64,000 bases of DNA, taken from positions 18,485,045 through 18,549,044 of the forward strand of contig NC_092680.1 of the NCBI RefSeq assembly GCF_964355755.1. Reading direction: 5' to 3'. This stretch comes from Antedon mediterranea. Taxonomy: Eukaryota > Animalia > Echinodermata. Position numbers and translations under genes: made by a program. The notes beneath the pieces were generated by a model. That model was not told where the DNA came from, did not search any database, and saw nothing but the letters and a program-made list of their open reading frames with translations. The number at the start of each line of letters is the position of its first letter. The stretch's first letter is position 1. Below are positions 63,497 through 64,000 of the stretch, one piece after another.

Positions 63497-64000
63497 CTTT
63501 TAAAAAAATTACAGAAATTATTATTATTATTCTTGTTTGTTATTCATATACAGTATTGTTCTTGAGCAGTTACTATTTCAAGTTATGTTTACACTATGAC
63601 ACAAGTTCTGTACCATAAGTAATATTAGCAAGATTTCTGTGTGGACGATAATTTAGCAGACCGTAACAACTTGTGTACCTTAGACACATCACACTCATTC
63701 ATCTACCATCTCAAAACAAAAGATTGATAAAAACTGTTGCTGGGTGGGTAAGAGTACAATCATGTATGCGACTATACTCGGTTATTGTTATTACTGGTAT
63801 AGATTTTTTCTTGTACACAATTTCAATGTTTGGGAAACTATGGGAAAGGGTACACAGAAGCTTTGGGAAAAAAGAATATGTATATACATGTGAACACATG
63901 TTTGCATAAATTGTTGACATGGTTGGAAAACATTTAGGGCACAAAGTTTTTGACAACCAAGCATTATAGTATGACAATTACCGTAAATCCTGAAAGCATA

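Overview
AT-rich, intron-rich animal genomic DNA. The gene and repeat content (ST8Sia-type sialyltransferases, Deu/Nin-domain SINEs) suggests an invertebrate deuterostome such as an echinoderm; this is inference. Reading splice sites by hand gives: TAF2 (minus strand, 27 coding exons, 667-13344) head-to-head with ARFGAP1 (plus, 12 coding exons, 13904-28990); syntenin/SDCBP (minus, 7 coding exons, 34393-39628); a tandem cluster of alpha-2,8-sialyltransferase-like copies (one complete at 43139-45894, two incomplete); and the 3' end of a CIB1-like EF-hand gene (minus, 61144-63496, continuing beyond the window). Introns are full of MITEs, SINEs, LINE fragments and minisatellites. Most notable: TAF2 needs four splice-site classes (a U2-like AT-AC intron, a U12-type GT-AG intron, a GC-AG intron and ordinary GT-AG); its U12 intron holds a Helentron-type element carrying a tRNA-like Pol III cassette; ARFGAP1 ends in a KKxx motif after several di-Trp motifs; the sialyltransferase cluster shows exon duplication and a gene-conversion-like tract. 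All homology calls come from remembered family sequences, not database searches. Repeat boundaries are approximate.
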